NCBI RefSeq assembly: GCF_963921235.1
Contig: NC_086097.1
Span: forward strand, 133,922,001-133,986,000
DNA: 64,000 nucleotides
Direction: 5' to 3'
Source: Mobula hypostoma
Taxonomy: Eukaryota
Below the pieces are notes generated by a model, which was given only the letters and a program-made list of their open reading frames with translations, was not told the origin of the DNA and did no database searches. Made by a program: the position numbers and the translations under genes. Within the stretch, counting starts at the first letter, position 1. Every line of letters starts with the position of its first letter. Of the stretch, positions 36,942 through 49,779 are shown in pieces.

Positions 36942-38614
36942 ATTTGAAGGAAAGAAGTCAGGGAAGTCAGGAATGTGTCGATAGAAGGAGATGAATGAGG
37001 GCAAAGCAGGAGTGTAGAACGGGTCTACGCCGGTACAAAGAAGCAGAACTACCTTATTCTTCAGAGTTAAAATTTGCATAATTTTACCTCCTTCTGGGAA
37101 ACCAGACTGGCTCTTTCAACCTTCCATCTGAAAGAAACAAAGAGCTAAAGTTCACTGGTACATATTTGTTATTTTTCCTCCTCACAGGTTGCCACTTTCC
37201 AGTGTCTTTACTGGATACCTACCTCCTCAACATCAATCCATGCTTAGCAATGCATCTGCCATGCTGACAGCTACATCCTAGATCACAGCGTGTTCTGCAC
37301 TTGGCTTTGTCACAAGTTACCATTTAGCTGTTTTAATTACAAACCGAGGAGGCCAAAGGTTAGGGGAGCAAACAAGAAATGGGACACTATTCAGAATTTT
37401 CAAGCCAAGATCACTATTAAACAAGAGTAAATCTCCGGGGAGCAACCGATGAGACACGTGAATCAGAGACAAGCTTGACAGACTGTGCCCTTCCCTCTCA
37501 ATGAAAGAAGGTTCAGAACTTGCCACAACTAAGATCTTCAAGACTTAGACTCAGTATCATAAAACATTGAGGAAATTATTCCACTTCAAAGAAACATCAA
37601 AACCAGAGCTCCACAATGCACCATGGTCATTAATAATTCATATTTCATATTGTATTATGACAAAAATGAGACTATTCAGCCCATTGAGTCCATACCAGTT
37701 CTGACAGCATTCCCAATAATCCCATCCCCTACTACTTTCCCCGTAAAGCATTCCCGATCAGATGTTCACCAACTCCATCCTGATTCTCCTAATACTAGGT
37801 GCTATTTACAGCGACCAGTTAACCCACATGTATTTGAAAGTGGGCAGGAACAAGAGCATCCAGATAAAACCCATGCAGGCAGAGGGAGAAATTGCAAACT
37901 TCACACATACAGCACCCAAGGTCAGGATTGAACCTGGTTTTCTGGTACTCAAGGCAAAAGCACTTTGCCACCCCGGTGCCACCTAATCTGGAAATAACAG
38001 AGGCATACAGACTAGAAATATGCTCTTCAGCCCAGCATCTATTGCACTCATCTGTACTAGTCCAATTTACACACAGAAGTCTTCCATGCCTATGTGATCG
38101 TCTAGATTCCCTAGGGGCTCCCAAGCTTTTTTATGTCATGGACCAATACCATTAGACAAGGGGTCTGTTGACCCCAGGCTGGGGGACTCTAGAAGCTTCT
38201 TAACGTGAGAGTCTCTGCCTCCACCACCTCCACAGGCAGTCAATTCCAGGTTACAACCACATATGTCCTGAAAAAGTTCTCCCTCATTCCCGTTAAACTG
38301 TTAACCTCTCACTTGATACTTATACCCCCTTGTTTTAGACATTGTGGAAAAGAGATTTTTAAAATTTCCCCCATCTGCCTCCTTCGTAACTTTGCATATC
38401 TCTATCAATCCAGTCTATCAGGGAAAATAAACACTACCTCTCCAGTCTCTATTAACAACTAATTTTAGGGAACCCTCTACCCCAGAGAACTGTGTGCGTG
38501 TTGTACGTGGATTCACGGAGTACAGGACATAGAACAGTACAGCGCTAGAACTGGCCCTCTGACCCTTGAAGCAAATTAATCTAATGATACACAATTACAT
38601 TATCTCTTTCTCAA

Positions 38615-38681
38615 CAGTGCTGTGCAAAAGTCTTAGGTACACATATACAGCTTGGGTGCCTAAGACTTTTGCACAGTACTG
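38615..38681. mobile_element. 67-bp Tc1-type mini-MITE (26-bp TIRs)
   Basis: CAGTGCTGTGCAAAAGTCTTAGGTAC ... GTGCCTAAGACTTTTGCACAGTACTG followed by TA; CAGTG/CAGTA termini are typical of Tc1. Confidence 0.75.
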
Positions 38682-40438
38682 TAGTTGTCAATGTGGAGCA
38701 GAGAGCGAGTTTGTAAATCTGGAGGGTGCAAACAATGTTGGGAAAGGTGAGGGTGAAGTGCCATGGGAGGGGTGTGGGATTAGTGGCAGTGAAGGAGCGC
38801 CAGGGTCGGGGCGGGGGGCGGAATCTCGCAGGGGCAGACACGCCCAGCCCTGAGACACCAGGCAAGGTCACTTGATTCCAAACAATTGGTTTATTAATCA
38901 TTACAGGGTGTTTCCCGTTCTCTTCCCTCTCCCTTCCCCTTTTCCCAACCATGATTCCCCCTCTCTGCCCCCTTCCCAGTCTCAGTCCAAAGGAGAGGTC
39001 CATATCAGAATCAGGTTTATCATTACCCATAAATGTCATGAAATTTGCCTCTATTCTATCTGCCTAAAACCACTACTCTGGGCAGTGCATTCCAGGTACC
39101 CACCACTCTGTGTACAAACAAACTTGTCCCACAAATCTCTATTAAACTTCCCACCCACCTCCCCCCCCTTAAATCCATGCCCTCTGGTATTAGACATTTC
39201 CGCTCCAGGAAAAAGATACCAGCTATCTACTCTATAGCTGTCGTAACTGAATGCCTCTCAAGTATGGATGAGAGGAATAGAACTGATATGTTTAAGGGAA
39301 GTCTCAGTTACTTCATGGGTAAGAAGAATGAAAGGATATCTGGGGCCAAGGAAAGGGGCTGGTGGAGGTTCACACGAGGTGTGACTATCAGCACAAACCG
39401 GATGACCTTCACCTGTGCTGCAGTCTTTGCACAACTTGGACTGCGTTGCCATTGGCCACGGTCACGTGGCAACCTTGACAGGACAGCTGAAGGTTGGCAG
39501 CTAGGTGTGTCGGTCAGCCTCAGAGAAAGTAAACCCAACCACCAGCTCAATCTGTAATCAGTGTAGTTATTTCTCGGCAGAACACCAACTTCTTAATAAT
39601 TAAAAAAATATCCAGCCAGACAGAAACCAAAAAAAATCACTAAGATCCTACTAATTCTGATTAACAGCTTACTTATTGGGTTTGACAGCATGAAGCAGTG
39701 CATTAAAAGGATGTCTTCCTGGGCAGTTCAGTAGTAATGGTGGTTAGAACATTAACCACCATTATCCCATACTGTCACTCATATCTTCTACTCTGGAGAC
39801 CTTCCCATTGTCCTCACAGTTCCCCCACCCTCACACATCACCCCTCTTCTTCCTGCATAGGATTCACAGATAGGACCTGATAAGTCTGCTCATTCAGCTT
39901 GTCTGTATCCTAGGAAATGAAATTTCCATCTTTCCTTCACCTTCACATGGTTCATGTCCAAAGTCCCTTTCTTCATTTGACATAACTCATTTCCACCTTA
40001 AATCGTCACCTTCACTGTGAAACTCACAGAGTCTCCAATCTTTTGTCTATATTTCCTTCCACTTTGCTTCCTGTGGCAAATCCATTCAACTCCCTCAGTT
40101 TTTTCTATCTCCCTATCCTCATCTTCCATAACTGTCTATTCCTTTACACTGCTTTTGACAGTGCCCTGCACTGTGTCTATTCTCTCTCGACTTCTGCGGT
40201 CATCCATTCTTCTTTCTTCCAGGGCCAGGATAGCAACCTCCTAGTCCTCAGCCTACATCTCTACCTTCTATGGATAACTTCACCATTGCTGACATCTTCA
40301 GCAGAGAGGTCACTGCCAGATGTACCTTCCCACCCTCTTTCCTCTCCATATTCCACTGGAACTGTTCCCTCTAATGACACTGATCTGTTCTTTCATCTAA
40401 CCATAAACAACTCTGCTTCCCATGGTACTTCCCATGGT

Positions 40439-40963
40439 CACTGAGGCTGTCTACAAGAAAGGTCAGAGCCGCCTCTATTTCCTGAGGAGATTGAGGTCCT
40501 TTAACATCTGCCAGACGATGCTGAGGATGTTCTACGAGTCTGTGGTGACCAGTGCTATCATGTTTGCTGTTGTGTGCTGGGGCAGCAGGCTGAGGGTAGC
40601 AGACACCAACAGAATCAACAAACTCATTCGTAAGGCCAGTGATGTTGTGGGGATGGAACTGGACTCTCTGACAGTGGTGTCTGAAAAGAGGATGCTGTCC
40701 AAATTGCATGCCATCTTGGACAATGACTCCCATCCACTACATAATGGACTGGTTGGGCACAGGAGTACATTCAGCCAGAGACTCATTCCACCGAGATGCA
40801 ACACAGAGCATCATAGGAAGTCATTCCTGCCTGTGGCCATCAAACTTTACAACTCTTCCCTTGGAGGGTCAGTGGCTTATTACTATTTAATTATCTGTAG
40901 TGCAACTGTAACGAAAACCAATTTCACTCGGGATCAATAAAGTATGACTATGACTATGACTAC
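40439..40963 (+). mobile_element. Second copy of the young Rex1 family, nested in an old Penelope-like fragment (~39990-41270)
   Basis: Highly similar to 2333-2937 (TEAVYKKGQSRLYFLRRLRSFNIC...), with the same AATAAA-(TATGAC)n tail and a shorter 3' UTR. Confidence 0.92.
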
Positions 40964-42859
40964 TTTCCGAGGTGATCACAGGAGATGCACCACCTCTTCC
41001 CTCACTATCATCCAATGCCCCATTCTTTCCCGGTGAAACAGCTACTAATTTCAATTTGAAATGCTCCTGTTATCATCTCTTCTACACTAGGGATAGATCT
41101 GCAGAACACCTCTGTTCAGTCACAACCATGGTACCCAGTTTCCAGCTATCCATCTGTTTAATTCTCTCACTTATCCCCATCTCTGCCTTCCTTTGGCTTC
41201 TACACTGCTCCATAAGGGCCCAGTGAGACACGAGGAACAAGACCTTATCTTCCAAATTGGCACATTAGCGCCAAGCTAATCTTTTGTATCTGGTGCTCAT
41301 CCAATGAAGTGGAGCAGATTCCAAGCTGTGACTGGGCCTCAGGAGATAGATCATGCGACTTATCCCCTGCACCAGTAGTTCAATTAGCCTTAAGTAATAT
41401 GAAATAATCAAAAAATATATAATCCCTTGAAGTAAAATTATCAAGCCACATTTATCTTCTTGTCAGTGACTTCATTGTAATGAATGGAGACACATTGCCT
41501 AGACTGGTCATCCCTGGTGTAGAACTGGGGAGCCCAGGTACAAAATACATCCAACCCCTCAACTCACGACTACAAAGCTTTGAATCAGAATTCAGCAGCA
41601 AAGTGGTAATCAGGTACACTTGTATTTGACTTCCAGATTGTCTTGGCATCACACAGATTCTCTAAGGAAGAGAAGGTGAGCCAAGTACAGTTCTATCCCA
41701 TGATCGCATGATCTGAATGTTCCTCAAGTTAATGTCATCAACATGGAGTTGAACAGAGAGGATAATTTCACTTGCCCCATCACTTTCAACGACTCTTCAT
41801 CTCATGTTCTCAATATTTATTGCTTATTTATTTATTTATTTTTCTTTTGAATTTGCACTACTTGTTGTCTTTTGCACATTGGTTGTTTGTCCGTCCTGTT
41901 GGGTACAGTCTTTCATTATGTTTCTTGAATTTATTGTGCATGCCCACAAGGAAATGAATCTTGGGCTTTGATATGGTGACATAAATATATTTAATAATAA
42001 ATTTACTTTGAACTTTGAGGAAGGGTAGCAGAGGGGTTTAGAAATTCGGTAGCTCAGGGCCTTGTTGGTCAGAGGTCCAGCCGCCATTGGTAAAGTGTTT
42101 AAAATTAGAGTGGTGATTTTAGCAGATTGTGTGCTGGAGGAGGTTCTGGTGACTGGGAGCAATGTGGCCATGAGGAATTGAAAAGAATGAATTTCACATC
42201 TTTTATCAATTTGTACTGCATTGGACTCAATGTCAAAGCAACATGATACAGTTGGTGCTGATTTAAACAGACTCTGCTTTACATCAGTGTAAACTGTGTT
42301 AATATCATTGATTTATGAGACTGTGGCTTTGATGTCCTAAACACTAGACAGACAAGTCTGATATTTCTCTTAAAAATGTTAACGGCTTGTCCACACAAAT
42401 TACGGCTGTCTTTTTGCCTGATGGGTGCCTTGTGCGCTGCCTGTTTTCTCCCTCCCACCCTGAATGAATATTAGAATCATAAAAGACCATTCAATCTACT
42501 GTTAAGAGAAATCCCACCATCAACTTTTTTGTTCACAAACCTGTAGGTTACAAAACCACAAGAGCTCATCAGAGATACCTTATAAGGTGATGAGGGTTTC
42601 TAGCTCTCACACCTCCTCTCTCTTGAAGTCCTTTTCCTGCTCCTTTGAACCATTGCACACTATTACTGACCTCGCTGTTAAGTTAAATGCACATTCACCC
42701 ATCAATGTGCTGGCATCAGGTGTTTAATACCAATCTACTTGATTGATAAGAGTGCAAATAGTGATGTAGCTCACTGTGGTTTCTTTAATCCAAGAACACA
42801 TCCCAAGGGAACTTTTTGCTTGTATGCCATATGTTAGGGTTTCTAGCAATGGAGTCCAT

Positions 42860-43352
42860 ATACCATAGAGTTATAAAGTAGTACAGCAAAGAAACAGGCC
42901 CTTCAGTCAGTATTTCCATGCCAACCTTTTTTCCCTATCTACACTAATCCCATTTGCCCACATCGGTTCCATATCCTTCTATGCTTTTTCCTATAAGCGT
43001 CGGTCTAAATCTCTTAAATGTAATAATTGTACCTGTTTGAACCATTTCCCCTGACACCAAATTCAACATCTTAACCACTCTCAGTATAAAAAAAATTACC
43101 TTTCAGATCACCTTTAAAACTCCTTCCTCTCACTTTAAAGCTATGGCCGCTTGATTTTGACATCCCTGCCATGGAAAAAAAAGTTTGACCGACCATGCTA
43201 TCTGTGCCTCTCGTAACCTTAGATACTTCCATCAGGTCACTCCTCACCTCCTACACTCAATGAAAAACAAGCCCAGCTGTTCAGTCTTTCCAAACAAGTA
43301 ACATTCTCCAGTCCAGGCAACATCCTGGTGAATCCCCTCTGCACTCTCTCCA
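42860..43352 (-). mobile_element. CR1 3'-end fragment
   Basis: Reverse complement of the typical CR1 terminus (gaaacaggcccttc...catcctggtgaatcccctctgcac). Confidence 0.75.
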
Positions 43353-43744
43353 TGAGAGTTGAAGAAAAACACCCTCATTTTTCATTTCACTCTTGCAACT
43401 AACATCTGAGTCAGAATGGATGGGAGGATGGATGCATGAAAAAATTGCAGAAATTTGCTTAATATTTTGAACATATTATACTTTGGAAAATAATTTTGAA
43501 GGAGTCGGGTAGTTGGGGGAGCAGTGGGGAAGTCTATTTAAGCTCTCCCTTTACAAAGTAGTCTTAGGTCACAGGACAACATCCATGATTGCAGTCAGAA
43601 GGTAGGAGACATTAAGTTCTGCTTCAGCAATCAGTTACTCCTGTTGCATATACTTAGCAGCTGAAGGTCATGGGATGTCTTTCTAAAGGGGAAATTATCA
43701 GTGGAGCTTCATATGTAGCTCGGGAATAAACACAAACTGGACAA

Positions 43745-43960
43745 AAATACTGGAAGCAGCACACAAAGGAGCTGGAGGAACTCAGCAGGTCAGGCAGCAT
43801 CTATGGAGGGTCAACGTTTTGGCTCAAGATTTTTCGTCAGGACTGGAAATAAAGAGGGTGATGGCCAGTATAAAAAAGGTTGGGGCAAGAGCTAGAGGCT
43901 GACAGGTAGAGCCAAGTGAGGGAGGAGATAGGCAGGTAAGGGAAAGAAAAGATTGGGAAT
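43745..43960 (-). repeat. Penelope-derived terminal repeat with decayed hammerhead
   Basis: Minus strand CAGUC-CUGACGA-AAAAUCUUGAGCC-AAAACGUU-GAC. Confidence 0.7.
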
Positions 43961-45379
43961 GAACCTAAGAATTGGCTAACATACTTATAATGACCAAGAA
44001 GGAGGTCATTTCACCCATCCGAAGATCAATCCTATCAATCCACTTGTCTTATTCCCAGTACATCTGCAACAAATTCTCTCTCAAATGCTCAGTTACTTTC
44101 CTTTCTACTAACTAGACTGAAGGACAACCTGCAGTACTAATCATCCTCACTAAATCCCAGAGTACCTAAACCACAGCTTGAACGTGATAAGGAATAGCGC
44201 AGGGTGTTTCACAGGAGTGCATCAAATTCCAATGCAGTGCCATACATCTTAGGGTTGAGAAACAGGAGTTTAATTAATGAGGTAGGTTTTAGGGAACATC
44301 TTTAGAAAAAGAACAGCGTGCTTCCACAAGATGTTTTGCAGAACTTCAGGGAGTATCAAGGTGCTTTATTTTGTGAAGGAGGCCAGCGAGATACTTATGA
44401 ACTGTAAGCTCAGTTGTCATGTAGCAGTAAACATGAGCACAGCAAGATCTCCTGAAGTGCATTGTGATCTGATTCAGTTACTTCCTACTTCGGATAGTTA
44501 AAGGAGCAAACATTGGGCGGGACTTGGGAAATAAGTACTCTACTCCATGAAACTGTGCCATAGAATATTCAGTGACTGCCTAATATAGCAGATTATGCTC
44601 TGGTTTACCTCCCAAAAGATAGCAAGTTTAAGGGGAAGATGAGGGCAAACTTTTTCACTCAGGGAGTTGTAAGAATGTAGAACAAGCTGCCAGCCCAAGT
44701 GATGCATGCAAGCTTGATTCCACCATTTAAGAGAAGTTTGGATAGGTACATGGATGTTAGGAGTATGGAGTGCTATGGTCCCAGTGCAGGTTGATGGGAG
44801 TAGGCAATTTAAATGGTTCGGCACAGACTAGATGGGCCGAAGGGCCTGTTTCTGTGCTGTACTTTTTTTTATGGCCATATGACTCTCTAAAAGACAGCAC
44901 TGTTGACTATGCCACATGTCTTTGGCACAGCACTGGAGGGTCAGCCTTCATCTTTTCACTGTGTGTAAATTGACATGTTCTTTCTCCACTACAACTGTAA
45001 CTACAGTCTAAATGTGCTTCAACAGCTATGAACTGGTTTGGGATTTTGCAAAATCATGTAAATATAAATCTTTCCTTGCAGTTTCTATGGCTCATGCCAA
45101 AAAAAGATACTATCAGAAATACTGGATTTAAAAAGTTGTCCTAAGTAGTGCAGTGACAAACTATTTATACTCTGTAGATGAGTTTCTATGCTGTTTAATG
45201 ACCACGTTTATAGGGTGATTACATGGCATTTCTAACACCATTCCTAATGATTTTCAGATCCTGAAGCCCACTCCATTCAGCTTTGGTTAAGGGTATTCAT
45301 GGCAATTGGTCACATGCTTTCCCTAAATACACCATTCAGCTAAGTAGCCCTTTCTGCTGACAATTTGATATTTGGAGAC

Positions 45380-45920
45380 ATAGACTTACAGAGCAAGGAA
45401 ACCTCCCTTTAACCCAACTCATCCATGTCAACCAAGATGTCTTTCTGAGCTAGTCTGACTTTCCTGTGTTTCCTGTTTAGAGGCCTATCCCTCTAAACCT
45501 TTCCTATCCATGTACCTGTCCAAAAAACTTTCAGATGCTGCAATCAATTGTACCCGCCCATATCTCTTCCCCAGTAGCTCATTCCAGATACCCACCACTT
45601 TGTGTGAAAGCTTGCTCCTCTTGTCAATTTTAACTCTCTCTTCTCTTACCTTAAACCTATATCCTCTAGATTTAGATTCCTGGGAAAAAAAATAAATTGT
45701 GACACCCCTTATGACTTTATATACCTCTACAATGTCACACTTCAGTCTCCTACACCTCAAGGGGGAAAAGATCCCAGTTTTTCCTGTCTCTCTTTATTAT
45801 TCAAGCTTTCCAGTCCCATGTGAAGCTTTTCTGCACCCTTCCCAATTTAATTACATCCTTCCTTTAGCTGAGGAATACTCCCAGTATGATCTCACCAATT
45901 ACTTGTACTTTTGCAACATC
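45380..45920 (-). mobile_element. CR1 3'-end fragment
   Basis: RRLKCDIVEVYKVIRG...KVVGIWNEL...LDRYMDRKGLEG. Confidence 0.8.
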
Positions 45921-46114
45921 TGAGAATAAATATTTTTGTTCTTATACTTCCTTGTATCTGAAGATTAATTCTTCATTTCTGAATGCTAGAAGTTGAGGAA
46001 GCTCCACAAGGAAGGTGGTAACATTAACTCCTCATCAAGAAACCCCCTCCCTTCTTCCACTCTTCCCTGCCCTAGGAAGGTCTCTTCACATATTGACAGA
46101 GTCAAAAGGATTAT

Positions 46115-47082
46115 AACAAGTCAACCTGGGCTTCAGCTACTCCCTCTGCAACTGGATCCTTGATTTCCTCATCAGTCAATGCATACCAGAAATAACATCT
46201 CCTCGCTGACAATCAACACAGTTACACCTCGAGAATGCATTCTTAGCCCACCGCTCCCTCTATTCTCTCTACACTCCTGACTGTGCGGCTATGCATAGCT
46301 CCAACACCCTCTGTAAATGAACTGATGACATCACTGTTGTTGGCGGAGTATCAGGTGGCGATGAGGAAGCATACATGAGGGAGATAGGTTGGCTGTTGAG
46401 TGGTGTCACAACGACCAACTTGCACTCAACATCAGTATGACCAAAGATTGGTTGTGGATTTGAAGAGGGGCAAGTTGGGAGAACACGAACACACACACAC
46501 ACACACACACAAGCCCTCATCAAGGCCTCAAGTTCCTGGAATTCAAAATCTCAGAGGCTCTATCCTGGGTCAAACACATTAATGCAATCATGAAGAAGGC
46601 ATGCCAGAGGCTATACTTCATTGGGAGTTTGAGATTTGGTATGTTGCCACAGACTCTAGCAAATTTCCACAAATGTACTGTGCACAGCATTCGGACTGGT
46701 GCATCACCACCTGGTTGCAGAGGGCTGTAGAGCTAGCCAGATCCATCAAGGACACTAGCCTCCCCACCATCAATGACATCTTCAAAACGTGTTGCCTCAA
46801 GAATGTGATATCCATCATGAAGGACCCTCACCATTCAGGACATGCCCTCTTCTCATTACTACAATCAGAGAGGAGGTACAGGAGTGGAAGGGCACACCCT
46901 CAACATTTTAAAAACAGCTTCTTCCCCTCCGCCATCAGATTTCTGATCACTATTCTGCTCTCTTATTGTACTATTTATTTACTTTTTATATTTTTATTGT
47001 AACATTTTTTTGTGTATTGCACTGCACTGCTATTGCAAAACAACAAATCTCATGACATATGTCAGTGATAATAAACCTGATT
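46115..47082 (+). mobile_element. Degenerate Rex1/Babar LINE (RT to 3' tail)
   Basis: ctctgcaactggatccttgatttcctc (LCNWILDFL) ... SIMKDPHHSGHALFSLLQSERRYRS...FKNSFFPSAIR; tail gtgataataaacctgatt. Confidence 0.85.
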
Positions 47083-48199
47083 TAAAAAAAAAGCGCACAC
47101 AACAGTTCGGCTTGCACCTGCAATAGAAGCAAGTGTAGGATTTAGGGGTTTGGTCATTCAACTGAACTTTATTGTCGAACTCTGTAGCCCTTAAATAGCA
47201 GATCCACTAAACCATGCATTCTGTTGCATGCTAGCTCTGGCATCATATTTCCAATAAATAGATGACAATGGCATAAAATTTTATTCCTCTCATACTTTAT
47301 GTGGCAAAAAATCAATCCAGTTTTAATTGCAGCCCCAAACTAAGGTCTTTCTCGTCTAAAGATTAACACTAACATTTTACCACCCACTGACAAGAGTAGC
47401 TGAGATTGTCCCACTGATGATTTATTTGATTTGGCTTAGCTTGTAGTAATGTTTTGGGAAACAGTTCTAGTTTTAAGTGTGACTTCTTGGTGGAGCATTA
47501 AGGTTTGTGTTTCTGAAAGCTTGGTTTTTATTAATAGCCTGTAGTTGGCTACAAGAACTCAACTCAGAGGTAATAGCCATCAGACTGATATCTCTCAATG
47601 TTGGCTTTAGTGTTGCTGTTTTACCTATGGTAAATTCCAAATGTAGTGACAATTCTAATGTTAGCAATGAACATACAGTGCAGAAACAGGCCATTTAGCC
47701 CATCCAACCTTTACCTATTCTCCACACCACCTTTCCTTCACCATTCAGCCTTTCAACTCGCTTATTTTCTTCATTTTTCTGGCTTGCAGGGCAAGTATTT
47801 ATTGTCCATCACTGACTACCCGGCGGTGGTGAGCAGCCTTCTTGAACCCATCTAGTCTTTTTCCCAGGGCTGGGAAATCTAGAACTAGATGGCATAGGTT
47901 TAATGTGTGAGGGCAAATCCTGAATGAGAACCTGAGGGATCAATTTTTTCACAGAGGATAGTGGGTGTATGGAACAAGCTGCTGGAGGAGTGGCTGAGGC
48001 AGATACGTTGACAATATTTAAAGGACATTTGGATAGGAAAAGTTTAGAGTGATGTGAGACAAACTTAGATGGGAATCTTGGTTAGCTTAATGAGTTGGAC
48101 CAAAGGGCCTGTTTTCATGCAGAATGATTCTATGACGACTGCTGTCCTTCTGCAGAAGGTAGGCTCCCACAGTCTTGTTAGGAAGGATTTTTGGGATTT

Positions 48200-49000
48200 A
48201 GACCCAATGACAGTGTAAGAACAACCCAAATAATTCCAAGTCAGAGTGACAAGCCATGTGGAGGGGAATCTGACAATGGTGTTGTTCCCTTACATCTGAA
48301 ATTCTTATCCTTACCAGTGACAGAGTCAACCGGTTTGGGAGAAGCTATTAAATTAACCAGGATAGATACCTGTGGTGCATTTTGTAAGTTGAAGAGACTG
48401 CAGCCAGGGTGATGGTTAGGTTGCCGATCAAGGAAGATACTTTGTCTTGGATGGTGCTGACCTTCTCAGGTGTTGTTGAATATCAACTCATCCACAACAT
48501 TCCTGACGTGCCTTGTAGATGGTAGAGACTATCTGTGCTCTCAGGCAGTGACTCATTCTCAGGACACACAGAGTCACACCTGATCTTGTAGCCACAATTC
48601 TATGGCTGTTCGAATTGGGTTTCTGGTCAGGGTGACCCCTAGGGTCTTGATGGTAGGACTCTAGGTAATGGTGATATTGAACATTGAGTGTAGCTGGTTA
48701 AACTCTCTTTCACTGGAAATGTTCTTGCCTGGAACTGTTGAGGCATGAATGTTACCTGCCACATATCAGCCCATGTTTCACCGTGATCTACTGTAGTTCT
48801 TGCCACCTGCATTAGTGGAGCTTCATTAGTTGAGGATTTGAAACAAGAATTTAATATAGTGCAATTGTCAGTTAACATCACTCCTTCTGGCAATATTATG
48901 GATGGTCATTGATAAGCTGGTGAGGATAGTTCAGACTAGGACAAAGCCCTGAGGTACTCCCACACTGATGTCCTGGAGTTTGGGATATGGACCTCCAAGA
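48200..49000 (-). mobile_element. Ancient CR1/L2-group LINE RT fragment
   Basis: Minus ORF ..LTDNCTILNS...TWADMWQVTFMPQQFQA resembles the FADDCT...WADKWQVTF.P.KCQ RT region. Confidence 0.55.
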
Positions 49001-49779
49001 CCAATAGGTGATGGTCTTGCCTCACCTCACCCATCAAAATCCACATTGTACTTAGAAATTTTGCCTCTGAGAATTAGGTTACCTGATGGCACCTTCAGGC
49101 CATTCCATCACTGTAAACTACAGTGCAGCATTTCACCAAGAGTAATCCCTCGGGACCATAATAGACCTAGAATCTGTATATTTGCTACTTATAAACGTTT
49201 GTATTTAAAAGTTGCAATCAGACTTTTGTTGCTTGATAAAAATCTGGATAATAGCATTTATACATTTTTCCACACTTTTCTGACAAAGTATTTGGTCTGC
49301 CTCAATACTTTAACAGTCAAAAACCCACAAGGACTTGAAGGTGCCAATCAATAGACTCCAGAGGGTAGTAGATGCTATTTGCATGGTGTGAGTATGTTAA
49401 AGCTTCCTCTGTGTCTGCAATAATCTTCATTAAATCTTAAGTAAACAAAATGCATTCTCTTTTATTTTAAATCTCCTCAGACATGCTGAAGGAAAAGAAC
49501 AAGCGAAAGGTTGTCACCATATTTACACAGCTTTATTCCATGCTTGAGATAGACTGTCATCATTTAGAAATGATCAGGCTCTTCTCAGACAAGGAATAAA
49601 TTGGACATCACAGTGTTTGTCATGGCATATCTTTGCTTTAATAATTCTAATTCAGATATAGTTAGCTCTCAAATGAAAATGTTGTATTGATTTCTCAGGT
49701 TTCTCAGGCATTTTTTTTATTCATTTACAGAGCGTGGCCACCTCAGATGAGCCCGTTTTAATTGGGTGATTGTTTAACA

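Noticed and set aside
46486..46511. (CA)n microsatellite
   Set aside because: Ordinary simple-repeat expansion inside a Rex1 remnant.
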